A stretch of 64,000 bases of DNA from the NCBI GenBank assembly GCA_013265495.1, contig MU058065.1, positions 5,368,976-5,432,975 of the forward strand, read 5' to 3'. The translations under genes and the position numbers were made by a program. This document shows, one piece after another, positions 24,105 to 36,352 of the stretch (positions within the stretch are counted from its first letter, which is position 1; the number at the start of each line of letters is the position of its first letter). The notes under the pieces are model-generated. The model ran no database searches. It had not been told where the DNA came from and was given only the letters and a program-made list of their open reading frames with translations. Source of the DNA: Vicugna vicugna. Its lineage: Eukaryota.

Positions 24105-24608
24105 TGTGGACAGAGTAGGCAGAACAGTGGTCACCAAAGATGCCAGGTCCTACTCCCTGACAACTGTGAATATAAACATTACATGGTGAAGTTTCTGCGG
24201 ATATGATTAAGTTAAGGGTCTTGAATTGGGGGTGATTATCTGGATTATCTAAGTGGGCCTTAAATGCCTTCAGAAGTGTTCACATGAGAGAAAGGCAGAG
24301 GGACATCTGACTCACATACAGAGGAGAAGGTAGTGTGATGAAGGAGCAGAGAGAGATTTGAAGATGCTGCCCTTGAAGACTGCAGTGATGTGGCTACAAG
24401 CCAAGGAATGCCAGCAGCCACCAGAAGCTGGAAGAGGCAGGAATGGGTTCTCCCCAAAACCTCTGGAGAGAGCACAGCCCTATCAGAACCTATCAGTGAT
24501 ACTGACTTGGAACTTCTGGCCTCCAAAACCGTGACAGTATGAGTTTGTGTTGTTTTAAATCATCAAGTTTGTGGTCGTTTACAACAACAGCCCCAGGAAA
24601 CTAATTCA
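24105..24608 (+). mobile_element. MaLR LTR (MLT1C/D-like)
   Basis: 'gattaagttaagggtcttga...gattatctggattatc...caagccaaggaatgccagcagccaccagaagctggaagaggcaggaatgg...ggaaactaattca'. Confidence 0.88.
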
Positions 24609-24639
24609 GCATCTACTCATTTCCTCCCTTTCACTTCAA

Positions 24640-25030
24640 CAAGAAGGGAATACATCGCTGCCCACTGATGCTGGACTCGGCCATGAGACTGGCTGGCACC
24701 TCGGGGTGAATGGAAAGGACATTTCTGCCCCTTGACTTTGGACTCAGTTATGTGACTTGTTTTGGCCAATGGCATGTTAGTGGATATGATGCCAGCAGAG
24801 GTTCAAGATGTGCTTGCATGGCTGGGCTTGTCTTCTTGTGCTTCTGCCACTGCCAGAGAAGAACGTGACCCAGGCGCCAACTTGAACAGAGCCCAAAGCC
24901 TGGAGCTCAGCCCAGAGAGCTGGGACCAGCTCAGCTCCACCCTAGGCAGCCTGCACACGCTGGCATGATAAGTATATGCGCCTTGTTTATCCTACTGAGA
25001 TTTTATGGCCGTTTGTTATGTGGGCAGATG
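24640..25030 (+). mobile_element. MaLR LTR (MLT1I/H-like)
   Basis: 'cccttgactttggactcagttatgtgacttgttttggccaatggcatgttag...ctgagattttatggccgtttgttatg'. Confidence 0.7.
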
Positions 25031-25644
25031 GTTGAAATCATCAGCTCTAGTTACAGCAGTTAACCTATTAATTTAGTTACAATCATATACTGGAAGACTT
25101 ATATATAATAATATGTGACCACATTGCTTTCTCCATTCTCACACTTCCCAAAACCATCATAGACAATGTTCACAGATAACCTGGACAGTAGCTTCTTAAT
25201 GTTACACGGTTCTCCAGAGCACAGCATCTTCACACCATCTAGGTTGTGTGAGGAACGGACTGTCCAATTTTTCACCGAAAATTTCATACCAGCACACAAG
25301 TGCCTGGTCTCATAACAGGAGAATAGATTTTGTTTTAGTTTTTCTCATTCATCCCAATTCCTATAATGTAACATCTATTGCTTTTTCAAACGGTCTTTAA
25401 AGGACTGGCTTAAAGTGATATCCAATGCTTGTATAATTATAAGGCCAAAAACTCAGGATCAATTACTAAATCGTGTTAGAAATTTTGCCTCCTTTTTTTT
25501 TAACCTATTGAGATAGGTGATTAGCTAGCATTAATCAAAGTCATTTCAAGATAACATGTCTTTCTCAAACTGGTCTCTACTGCACAGTGACCTGATCTTT
25601 CTCCAATTATCTGGTGGTTTTCCAACAAAGATCAGTTCACAATG

Positions 25645-26560
25645 CCAGGCATGGTTCATACGGTCAACTATTTTTGGAAAATTTGCAAAAGTAAGGTATT
25701 TTAATTGCAATGTGTGAAGACCACTATGCCTTTCTGTTCCAACTTACTCTCCATCAAGCTCTGCCCTTGGCCCAGGTGTCTTGGAGAGGGCAGAGGCATT
25801 CAAGAGATCTGGCTAAGGGCAAGTTGAGTTGGGGGTGCATCTAGTTTGAGTTCAGTGGGATGTATTTTGATGGCTCGCAGTCACTTCTGTGCATAGTGAA
25901 GTCATTGTTAGCTGTCTTGGGGTAGGAACACTCTGATAGCTCACAGTGCCAACTCATCTGGCACCAGGGCCAGAGCCAGAGGTCATATTGAGATACTCAC
26001 AGGTCCTATGGCACCCAGCATGGAAGTATGTGGGTATTGGACATGAAATTTAAGTTGAAATGTATAACCACAAGCCAGCCTGTGGAAAAATTCTTCCAGT
26101 CATTAGACATTTAAAACTGCAAGTAGAAGATTTGATTCCCATTAATGCCTAATAAGAACAGAAGGTCTTCCTTATTGAGGAAGTGTACTCAATGATGCAG
26201 CATATACAATTATAAATGCACCGTTGACATTTTTTCTTTTTGATGGGAAACATGTGAAACAAATTTATCAGAATTCCTGGATCTATTGGGGAAAACCCAT
26301 AGCAGTACCATAAACTGAGTACATCATCTGGTAACAGCTCAATTACAAGTGAAACTTGCTAGCGGTTTACTCAGATCTGACAGTCACCCTGAATGTAAAT
26401 GACACTACCAAGAACAAATTATGAAGTTCAAAGGAACTCTTCTAAACTATTTATATATTTTTAAATGCCAACAAACTGAATTATCATTGTATTGTCATTA
26501 TGGAGAATGATTTTATAAAATCATTGTCATATGAAGACACATGGGGTTTTTTCTCTGCAG
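25645..26560. mobile_element. old hAT-Tip100 (Zaphod-like) DNA transposon remnant
   Basis: Starts 'caggcatggttcatacggtc...aatttgcaaaagtaag'; right part has degenerate hAT dimerisation-domain-like coding residue. Family assignment tentative. Confidence 0.45.
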
Positions 26561-26949
26561 TTTGTAGTGCTTGCGGTATTTATTGGCTTTTTAAAAATAG
26601 ATGATTTCTTCTCTCCTTCTAAATAACTATTCAGCTTTGAGCAAATTTTGTATTCTTTTTCTTAAAGCGAGTCCCTGCAAATTGATTCCTCAAAGCTTTA
26701 TTAAATGCAGAGTGATCATCATAATGGGGTTTGAGTCTGGTTTAGTGAATGCAGCCCTCTGCACCAACCCACCCTTGGTGCTCTTGGCAGGACCACTTGG
26801 TACTGCCTGAATCACAGGCACGCTCCATCCTCCAGCTCTGTGTTCTTTTTTGGTTACTCATAAGCATCACAGACCCAGCTGCCTTACAGTGGAACTGTCT
26901 AAAGCAGAGAGGCAGAAGAAAAGGAGGAAGGCAGAATTTAGTAAGCTGC

Positions 26950-27140
26950 TACTGCCACAGTTCAAATCTTGGCTTCTCAATTTCCTGGCTGTGTCATCCT
27001 GGCTGTGTCATTACTTAACCTCTGGGAATAATTACAGCCCCTCTCTCATGAAGCCACTGTATTAAATGAGTTAATTTATCCGGAATGTTTAGATCAATAC
27101 CTAGCACATGGTGATAAACTCTCCATAGAGATGCACTCTT
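26950..27140 (+). mobile_element. MIR SINE
   Basis: 'gttcaaatcttggcttc...ctggctgtgtcatcctgg...ttacttaacctctg...attaaatgagttaat...cctagcacatggt'. Confidence 0.7.
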
Positions 27141-27810
27141 GTTACATTCTTGTACTTGTTATGCCCACCTGCCAAGCTGTGTTGATTGCTAGCTCCTCAC
27201 TGAGTTCTGATAACCAGCCTTATCATTTCCTTGCAAAAGGAAAAAGTAGATTTAATAGAGCTTCAAAATTTGCTCAAAATCTTATCACATAGCTAGTATG
27301 AATGACAGAGGGAAAATTCAAATCCATGAATAACTGACCCACTCAACTTCTTTTCATTATACCACGAACCTCAAAAATTGATTTTGTTCTCAATTCACAC
27401 AAATGAAAAAGATTGATTAGATCAGAGCTTTAAAAAGAAAAAAGCTGCTGTGAGTAAATTGCCGTGAGTAAAATAATAATTGATGGCTGGGTTGTGAAAG
27501 GGTTTGTTTACTTGTTTGTTTATATGTTTGTTTTAAGTAAACAAAGTCAAAACTGCTGAAGAAAATTTACATGTTATGCAATTCTTGTTATTCTGTACCC
27601 CTTACAAAGTCTAGAATCATCTGATTTGGAAACATAAGACACATTTTATATGAATTGGTTTGCTCTTGAAATTTGTCTGTTACATTAAATTCAAAGCACT
27701 TTTATTCAGCCAACACTGACAAATTTTCTGATTGTGCTACTTTTGAGTAGTTTTTCATTTCTGTTACAAATGGAGCTACAAGCTGCTGAACTTTAAGGAA
27801 CCCAGCATCC

Positions 27811-27833
27811 TTTTTTTTTTTTTTTTTTTTTTT
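27811..27833. repeat. poly(T)23 tract
   Basis: Direct observation. Confidence 0.95.
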
Positions 27834-28353
27834 CATTTATAAGGAGGCAAACTGTTGAGAACAGAGGAATGCAACCACACTATAATAAAACAAAGAGCTA
27901 TTGTGTTGTCTGGAGTGGTTTTCTTTACAGTGAGGGGTAGAGACAAAAAAACGCTCATTTTCAGAAAAGGAATTAAAAGGGAGAAAGGAAAAGCCCTCAT
28001 TTCTTCTCCCAGGCTTCCCAGTGGATTGAACACAATGTCTGCCAGGTAGAACAGAATTACCTGGTAGGTATCTAGGAATTTGTGCTTTTTGCGATTTTTT
28101 TAAAAGAATTTTTTGTCATATACTCAGGATTCTAACATCCTTCCTAAGTCTTTAAATCCTTACTATTATTAAATCTTGAGTACATTATCATCACAGTCAT
28201 ACATTGCTCCCCCCTGATACAGAGCTTTGTCCACGTACAAGCCTGGACCAGAGGCTGTCCCATAGGCAGCATCCTGTCTCCAGGGAGATTATCTCCAGTC
28301 CACACAGGGTATTAAAAATTTCTTCAGTGTACTGCCAATACTAAAATTGAGAG

Positions 28354-28499
28354 GAGGGAGAGGGTATAGCTCAGTGGTAGAGCGTATGCCTAGCATGCAC
28401 AAGATCCTGGGCTCAATCCCCAGTAATTACCCCCACACACACCAAAAACAAAAAGAAGAACTTAATTAATTAAAGCTGAAAAAATTTAAAAAATAGAAA
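28354..28499 (+). mobile_element. tRNA-Ala-derived camelid SINE (vic-1 type)
   Basis: 'gggtatagctcagtggtagagcgtatgcctagcatgcacaagatcctgggctcaatccccagta' (A box, AGC anticodon arm, degenerate B box) plus A-rich tail; TSD taaaattgagag (28342-28353) and taagattgagag (28500-28511). Confidence 0.88.
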
Positions 28500-28725
28500 T
28501 AAGATTGAGAGATCTCACATTGATGTGTGGGATTCTGGCTTTTCTTTAAAAACCAGACCATCTGGCAATTCTGGACCTGCCTTCCCCTCAAAGCTAGAAT
28601 CAGCAGGCACGGAAGAACAGCTGCCCTGCTAGACCGAGCAGGCCTTCTGCAGGCTGCACCCCCCTGACGGCAAAGCCAAGCTTTTGACACCACTTGTCAT
28701 CATCCTTTAGCTCTTGGCCTTCTTA

Positions 28726-30102
28726 TAGTAGAGCTCCTGAGTATTTGGTCTTGCAACCTTTCCACACTCTTAAAAATTATTAAGCACTCAAAGAGTTATT
28801 GTTTTTGTGTGTTAGATCTATAAATATTTACTGTATTAAAAACTAAAACTGAGAAAGTGTTCAATGTGAAGATATTTCATATTAACATCAATAACATTTT
28901 TAGGAAAAATTATTTTTCCAAAACAAAAAAGTTATGAGAAGAATGGTACTGTTTTTATATTTTTGAAATACTCTTTAATAACTGGCTTAATAGAATCAGC
29001 CAGATTCTCACATCTGTTTATGCAGTAAATCTATTGTGCTATGTTGTTTTGGATAAAGCAAATGAAGAAAACCAGCCTCACACAATTGTGTAAAGTAGTT
29101 GTAAAATGGACAAGTGTTTTCATAGCCTTTTCATATAATTGTGAACATAATTCTTTGATACTACACTAAAACTCAGCAAGCGGTAACCTCTTAAAGGTGA
29201 GTTGCAATGTGGAATCTGAAACCATACCAAGAAACTCACACTCTGTTACACTGAAATCCACTGATCTTACACTTCAAAAGTATCTTCTACCCATGTAAGA
29301 TTTCATAATATCATGCACTGGTCATTTGGAAAATATTGGTTCAATGAGTTATGCAGATCTTCCAAATGTTCACACATTCCTTTATATAACATCAAAAAAT
29401 CACATTTCTTTTTAATATTATCTGGTTACAAAAAGTCTTTAAAGTATTGGCTTGCTATCAAGCTCACAACAGTGGATACAAGTTTTCCCAAATACTAATG
29501 TCTCACAAAAGCTTCAACTTCACCACTGGCAACAAATTCAGAGAGCTGTTTTCCTTGAAATGACAAGTTAATGACTTCATTCATTTTTAAATGAATGCCA
29601 GATGCCCAAGTCTGAATAAACATAGTTTGAAAAACGGTGCTCCATGGGGGGAAAAAAGTGGCTAGTTCAGCTTGCAACTCAAACAACTGCACGAGTGTTT
29701 TTCCTGGAGATGGCCACCATACTGCACTGTGCAGAAGTGCTTTAGCTATACTTCCAACATTGTCACAGAATATGAAAACAGATGTGTACTCAGCAAGGGT
29801 TGAGATTTAATAAAATTAATAATTTTTACTATATCATCAAGGACATTTTTAAGTGAAATTGGCATTTTTGTTAAATGCAGGTGCACGGCAGTGAAGAACA
29901 CAGTAACTACTAGAATGGTCTGGTGCCACTGCCCTGACTCCTGCTGAGTCACTATTGCTTCTGCACCATAAAAGCAAACATCAATACAGTGAAAAAGGCA
30001 AGTAATGCCTTGTATTTTATAAAAACAGTATGGACCTTTTGGACCTCCTGAAATTCTCTCAGGCACCCTCAGAGGTCCACAGATCACACTTGAGAACTGC
30101 TG
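28726..30102 (-). mobile_element. Charlie1/Charlie1a hAT DNA transposon (internally deleted)
   Basis: Minus strand begins cagcagttctcaagtgtgatctgtggacctctgagggtgcctgag (Charlie1 5' end); ORF remnants 'LKNVLDDIVKIINFIKSQPL' (29746-30087) and 'QLFELQAELATFF...MNEVINLSFQGKQ' (29495-29692) match a Charlie/ZBED5-type transposase. Confidence 0.9.
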
Positions 30103-31029
30103 TAGAAGACAAATATTTCTCCATATCCATTTCTAAGTCAAAATCAGGAAACTAAAAGATGATCTCAGAGGGTAACATGTTTTAAGAAACTGGAAGTGAA
30201 CATCCAGCCTACATCACTGGTTTGAGTTTCCTGTGTGGTCCCTGTAGCCATCCGAGTCTGCAGTAATGGCCTAAACACGTGTAACAATGACCACCACCAC
30301 CTCGTCCACCCTACTTTCCCATCCCCGAGTGACCACACTTCAAGTTGTCAACAGCCCTTCACACCTGGTGTGTATAAGCAATGGGACTTACACTCCGATG
30401 ACCCAAAGGAGACACAGTTTGGAAGACAAGAGAGTTTCTGGGGGCACCAAGCACAGATTTAGCCTAGCTTCTACATTTTACCTAGAGGAGAATAAGAAGG
30501 GGTATGACTATTCATTTTCATTAAGCCACCGTTTATTTAGTCAGTTAGTTAGTTATATTAAGGCGCTACTATGTACTTAATTCTCCCTACTGCCCTGTAA
30601 GTTACTTTGTATTAACCTCATTTTACTTAGTCTGGAAGAGTTTACACACTGCCAGATCACGAACGGAGGAGGCATTTTTAGCTCAGGGTTCACTGACACC
30701 CAAGTCCCTCAGCATTACAGTCTGAATATCCTGAGATTCGCAACTGGGATTCAAAATGGCAATGCGTTCTTTTTAACGATGTGTAGCTTGTTTCTAGTGA
30801 TGGTAGTCATAGAAAAGGAAGAGACTGAAAACAACAGGAAATGGTGGTGATAATGGAAATTAACATCTCAGTTACCATATGTGCCATGTTAAAAATAATA
30901 ATAATTTTCATTTATTTTTTTCAATGGTATTTCTGTATCAGACACAATCTTAGCTTTGGTGGACAGGCAGTGATGAGAAGCCCTGGGTCTCCATGCATCA
31001 GTCACTAATCTAAGGGTTTTTTTTTTCTT

Positions 31030-31205
31030 TAACACATTTCATATAGTTTACTTCAACAACCCTGTGAGGTAGGTGGTATTATCACTTTAATTATTACAAA
31101 GGAATGAAAGCTCAGAGAAGTTAATTCTTTTGCCCAAGATCACATCACTTAATAGGACAGGAGTCAGAATTCAATCCCAGGTCTGTCTACCTTCAAAACT
31201 CCCTC
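31030..31205 (-). mobile_element. MIR SINE
   Basis: 'aacaaccctgtgaggtaggt...gctcagagaagttaa...tgcccaagatcaca...gaattcaatcccaggtctgtct'. Confidence 0.8.
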
Positions 31206-31862
31206 GTTATGTCAATTCAAGCTCTGGACACCCACATCATGCACACGGAGGCCCTGTGGTGCAAAACCTCCTGCTCTGTAGATGAGGGGGGTGAGTGCTG
31301 TTAGACTCAGCCGGGCATGAGCAACTCTGAGTCCACGTCTTCCTATCTGGGGGACTAACCAATTGCGGGGGGAGGTGAGCGTGTAACACTCACAGGGGAA
31401 GAATTAACTCACAGTCAAAGTAAGGATATTAAGGGAGAATGGAGAGAAGGTCCTGGCTCCAGAATGTTCTCTCTGGAGTGCCAGTTCAGCTGGTAAGTTC
31501 TTGTTTCTAACACAAATTCCCCTGGGAGTGTTAAGCCTTAGTTTTCTTTTTTGTGAGTCATAAATCAGAATAATGCCCAGCTCAAGGAGCTGCACCAAAG
31601 AAATGCAAGTGTTCTGATCAGAGCAAGAAAAAGGGGAGAAATGAAAATCAAGAAGGAAAACAATGGCAAAGCTATGCGTTTTATAGCCTCTCTTGTTTAT
31701 CCATCTCAACACTCAGCGAGGCAGGTTTCTTAACCTTCTTTTATAAATGAGGATGCTGACGATGAGAGAGAATAAGTGACCCCCCCCCCACCCCCACCCT
31801 CCGCCCCACACACACACACAAGTCTACAAGTTACAAAGCCCATTATCCTCTCTCCTCTAGAC

Positions 31863-32084
31863 CAGGGGCTGGCAAACTACAGGGCCACACCTCACCCACT
31901 GCCTATCTTTGTAAATAAAGTGTTATTGAAACACAGCCATGCCCATTTCTACATGTATCAACTGTGGCTGTTTTCAAGCTGCAACAGCCTTGTTAAGTAA
32001 CTGTAACAGAGACCATGGAGTCTGCAAAGCGGATTAAAAATATGTAATGTCTGGCCCTTTGCAGAAAAAGTCTGCCAACCTCCG
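31863..32084. mobile_element. MER58A hAT-Charlie MITE
   Basis: TIR-like ends caggggctggcaaact...aagtctgccaacctccg; 8-bp TSD ctctagac (31855-31862) and ctctagag (32085-32092). Confidence 0.88.
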
Positions 32085-32559
32085 CTCTAGAGTAGTGTTG
32101 TCAGCAGTCACGCTGTTTTCTCAGATTAAATCTTATGAGGATCCCCAACATACATACCAAACAGATAAAGAGCCAAATGCTGTTGGTACTGCAATTTGTA
32201 AATTCAAATTTATATAATGTTTATTTACTGGAAATTCAGTCGATAAGATTTCTGAAAGTTTTGCGTAACACAAAATTTTAAAGAAGTTTTTAAAGCTTGG
32301 TTGCGGTCTCACACCAGCACTGGTGTATGGTTTCTACTTCTATTTAGCTTTTCTCCAGGATATCATAAACTGACCCAGAAGCTCAAAAAGGAGCACTAGG
32401 AAGCATTTCCTTACCAAGTTAAATCTCCAACAATATCATCATTTCTACCCACACCATACAGTTCAGACACAAAGTGAACAAGTGATAAATATTAAGTGAA
32501 CAGATGAAAGAATTTTCACAATGTGGCACAGATACACTTTCACTTATTATACAATATAA

Positions 32560-33130
32560 TTTTAATTCAATAAGCATCACTGCTTAGCTCACAATATGCT
32601 TGGTACTGGCTGGGCTCTGTGCGTACCATGTGAGTAGGATCCACACACCCATCTTCAGGGAGTTTATAATCTAGTAAGAGAGGCAGACATGCCAGAGGCT
32701 TGTCTGGATCTAACGGAGCAAGAGCAGACATCATGTACCTACAATCATGCACCTGCTTCTGCAACTTTATGTAAACAAAAAGGTAAACCTGGACACTCAC
32801 GAGATGGAAGCAAGAAAGAAGGAGAAAGAGAAATGGTGGATAAAAGGACATCAAAGATGAGAAAGAAGAGAGATGGGAAGACACCAGACACATGCTTTTC
32901 ACTTTGCATTTTTTTCCCCTTTGGTCTGAAAAGGAAAAAATATCAACAGCAAATGTCAACTCTGTAGTACACTCTTCTAGATTATTCTTATGCATTACCT
33001 CATTTAATCCCCATAACAACCCTTTGAAGCAGGAATTCGTTTCACCATTTTATAAATGAGAAAACTGAAACTCAGGTCACTAATAAATTGAGGGGCCAGG
33101 ATTCAAAGCACATCTTTTTTTTACTATACA
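32560..33130 (-). mobile_element. L2 fragment (about 32560-32700) and MIR (about 32940-33130)
   Basis: 'ttcaataagcatcactg...cttcagggagtttataatctagt' (L2); 'cctcatttaatccccataacaaccct...attttataaatgagaaaactgaaactcag' (MIR). Confidence 0.65.
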
Positions 33131-33999
33131 ACCTAGGTTTTCCCCATTAACGTGTATGGTGTGTCTGATAGGGCCTTGGATGCATGGACTTGAGTTAGGT
33201 AACAGAAGCAGTTTGCAAAGTTACACACCTCCACCAGAACTAATTTTGATAAGTCACATGGAAAAACTTAATCCAGTCACGCCCAATTCAGTCTTGACTC
33301 ACCAGTAAATGAGGGTCAACTTAAACCCCCGCCCCACAGGGGAATAAAGGACAGAAAGAGGACAAAGGAGAGAGAGGCTTTTTTCTTGCATTTGCCCAGA
33401 CATAACTGGCATGTGTAATCGTGGTAATATTTTAACATTTTTAATGGCTTTTCTTCTCTCCCTCTCTGAGTACATTACCTTTGCCCTTTGCTACCACCTG
33501 CAAGGAGGGAGATTAGAATCTGTCCATGAAACAATGCAAAGATATGCAAAATAATGCAAAATAATATATGCAAGATAATTTACAACTTCTGCCACTGAAA
33601 CATAATATTACACAGTTAGCTAACGTCTTGGATGATACCCTCGTATTTGCCTCTAACATAGCAAGGGTTAATTCAGGAGGACCCAACTCACTGAGGTCCC
33701 TCATAGTACAGAGTCATCACTTTTGGTTTTGCATGTTATGCCCTGCACACAGGTAACACATCTGATTGAATGACCTTCACACTGTGGATCTCACAGCCTC
33801 ATTTGTCTAGTATAAGATGTCTGATATTAGTAATCGAGTGTCTTGTCACAGCAGAGTCACAATATGGCAACTTTCTGGCAAAGGGGAAATAAAGTATCTT
33901 GACAGAGGGCCACCTTTTTCTAATTTTCACAAAGGTGCTATATGAATAGTAGCATCCCAACATAAAGAAAATTCCCTTTCTTTTTATGCTTCTTGAGCT

Positions 34000-34500
34000 T
34001 TGTATTAGCTAGGCACAGTTGCAAAGATGCTACATAACAAATAATTCCAAAATTTTCAATGACTAAAAACAATGAAACTGTTATTGACAATTAATTACAC
34101 AGAGGAAGAAAAAGAAAAAGAAAAACATTTACTTGTGTTTTACAGGTCTGCAAAGTTTGCTGGGTTCCACTGGACTCAGCTGGGTTTGGACCAGCTTACC
34201 ATCAAGTCTGCAGGTCAGGTTTAGTTCTGCTCTATTTATCACTCACTCTGAGACCCAGGCAAAATCAGCTCCAGCTACCTGGAGAATGTTTTTCTCGTGG
34301 CAGACAGCAGGGGCTCAAGAAGTTGAGCCAAACCACACGTGTGCATTTAAAACCTCTGACCATTTCACATTCACTCATCTTCCACTGACCAAAGCAAATC
34401 TCATAGCCAAGTACATCAGCGGGGTAGAGAAGTATACCCCTTTCCCTGAGGTGTGGAAGAGAGAGTGAACTTTTGCTAAACAGTAACACAACCTGCCACA
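34000..34500 (-). mobile_element. MaLR LTR (MLT1I/J-like)
   Basis: 'tgtattagct...catctccactgaccaaagcaaatctcatagccaag...ggggtagagaagtatacccc...tgctaaacagtaacacaacctgccaca'. Confidence 0.65.
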
Positions 34501-34697
34501 GACCCATTCTCTGGCACTCAACAGCAGTGGGAGGATATGGAGAAGAGAAAGCCCACCACTACACAGCTCAGGGAATATTAGAAACTATTTCCATATTGAG
34601 ACAAAGCATTTCCCACACACCACTGGTTTCTGCACACTGGGTTCTAAAAGAGATCATTTCTGCTCATCTTTCACCCTTTTTGCTAGTGTAATAGATC

Positions 34698-34905
34698 ATG
34701 GGCAAGCAAACCAAACACTGCCTATAAAGGATCTGAGAGTAAATCTTTTCTGGCTTTGTAGGCTATATGATCTCTGTTGCAACTACTCAGCTCTGCCACT
34801 GAAGTGCAAGACAGACAAACAGAGCTCTGTTCTGATAAAAGTGTATTTAAAAAAATAGGCCATGGGCCAGATTTGGTCCATAAGTCATAATCTGCTAACT
34901 TCTGT
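34698..34905. mobile_element. MER58A-like MITE
   Basis: 'tctctgttgcaactactcagctctgccactgaagtgcaa...gggccagatttggtccataagtcataatctgct'. Confidence 0.7.
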
Positions 34906-34929
34906 AATATATAAAACTATAAAGGATGT

Positions 34930-35340
34930 CTCTTGTCTTGGTTCCCTAGGACTGTACAACATGCCATCTCAAATCTTAGTGGCTTAAAACAGCAATTATT
35001 TTGTTATCTCTAAAGATTCTGTGCATTAATTGGGCTCTGATGGGTGGTTCTTCTACTCCATATGATACTGCCTGCGTCTGCAGGCATCTGGGTTAGCAAG
35101 TGGACTGGAGCATTCAAGATGGCTCACTCACCTGTCTGGAACATTGGCAGGGTTGACCAGAGCAAAGCTGGAGTCAGCTGGGCCCTATAAAGGGTCCTAA
35201 ATCCCATGTGCCTCCCACATTACATGGCAACACAGGACTTCCAAAGCACACGGAGAAACAGCCTTGCCTTTTTAAAGCTTAGGCCCAGCCCTGTCATTTC
35301 AGCCACATTCTACTGGCAAAGCCCCTCATCCCTCACTTGT
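34930..35340 (-). mobile_element. MaLR LTR (MLT1G/H-like)
   Basis: 'cttagtggcttaaaacagcaattattt...ttcaagatggctcactcacctgtctgg...cagccacattctactggc'. Confidence 0.65.
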
Positions 35341-35788
35341 CATCCATGACCATGTCATCTGTGCCCCATGTCCACCTGTGTTAGAAAGTCAACTTTCTTA
35401 TTTCTGGACCTTCAGATGAGATCGAATTATTTTTAATGCTTCACATTCAAACTGTTAAGCAAATTTCTCATTCTACAAGGCAACAGTAAAACTTCATGCT
35501 CCAGGAACTTCTGTGCCCAGAAGATGCCCCAGCCCAGCCACAGGTGGAATTAGTAAAGGCAATTCAGTGTGAGAGGCAGAGGTGGCTTATGCTCAGTAAT
35601 GTCTGGCATGGCCTGAGACATTCTGGGCGTCCCCTAGATAAACTGAGCGTAAGTGGGTCTCTTCTACCAAAAGACCCAGCTCTTCCCAAACACCTGGCTT
35701 CATATGTCATGGGGGAAACCTGGACTCACCGTAAGTCACGCAAGCGGCCACTTTCGCCTCAGGGCTTGGGATTGGCAAGGGGTGGAAG

Positions 35789-36352
35789 TGAAACGGAGCA
35801 GGACCCTGCGGGTCCTCCCTGGTACAAATGCCTTCTGTGTCCTCCATTTCTTATTAGTAGGGCATAGGCTCCATTCAAGCCTCCTTGACCTTCCCTGAGT
35901 TCCGAAGGGCAGATTCAAACAGTAACTAATCCGAGAAGGGAAGAGAACGCGGAACAAGGGAGGAATAGTCAAGAAACAATAGCAGAGCCTTGGGGCAGGG
36001 TCCTGGTCCCTTCTCAAGGAATATTCATAACAATATCTTTGAGTTCTTCTGCAGGGATAAGGCCCCCACCCAAGGGGAGGATGGCAACTTCAGGCTGAGC
36101 ACCAGCTTCCTGGAACACCGCCCTGTTACATGACCACCAAACAATCAGAAGAAAGTCACACACCCTGCAGTCCCAAATTTTGTCTATAAAACTTTTCGCC
36201 AGAAACTATCAGGGAGCTCGTGTTTTTCCGAGCATGAGCTGCCCATCCTCCTTGCTCGGCCCTGCAATAAACCTTTCTCTGCTCCAAACTCTGACGTTTC
36301 AGTTTGTTTGGCCTCACTGTGCATCAGGCACATGAACTTTTGTTCAATAACA
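35789..36352 (+). mobile_element. ERV1-class solo LTR (about 564 bp), relatively young
   Basis: TG...CA ends (tgaaacggagcaggacc...ttcaataaca); TATA-like ctataaaa near 36184; AATAAA near 36266; 4-bp TSD-like gaag/ggag. Confidence 0.75.

Noticed and set aside
28354..28425. Possible tRNA-Ala gene
   Set aside because: Degenerate B box and acceptor stem, A-rich tail and TSDs indicate a SINE; the same applies to 61085-61210.
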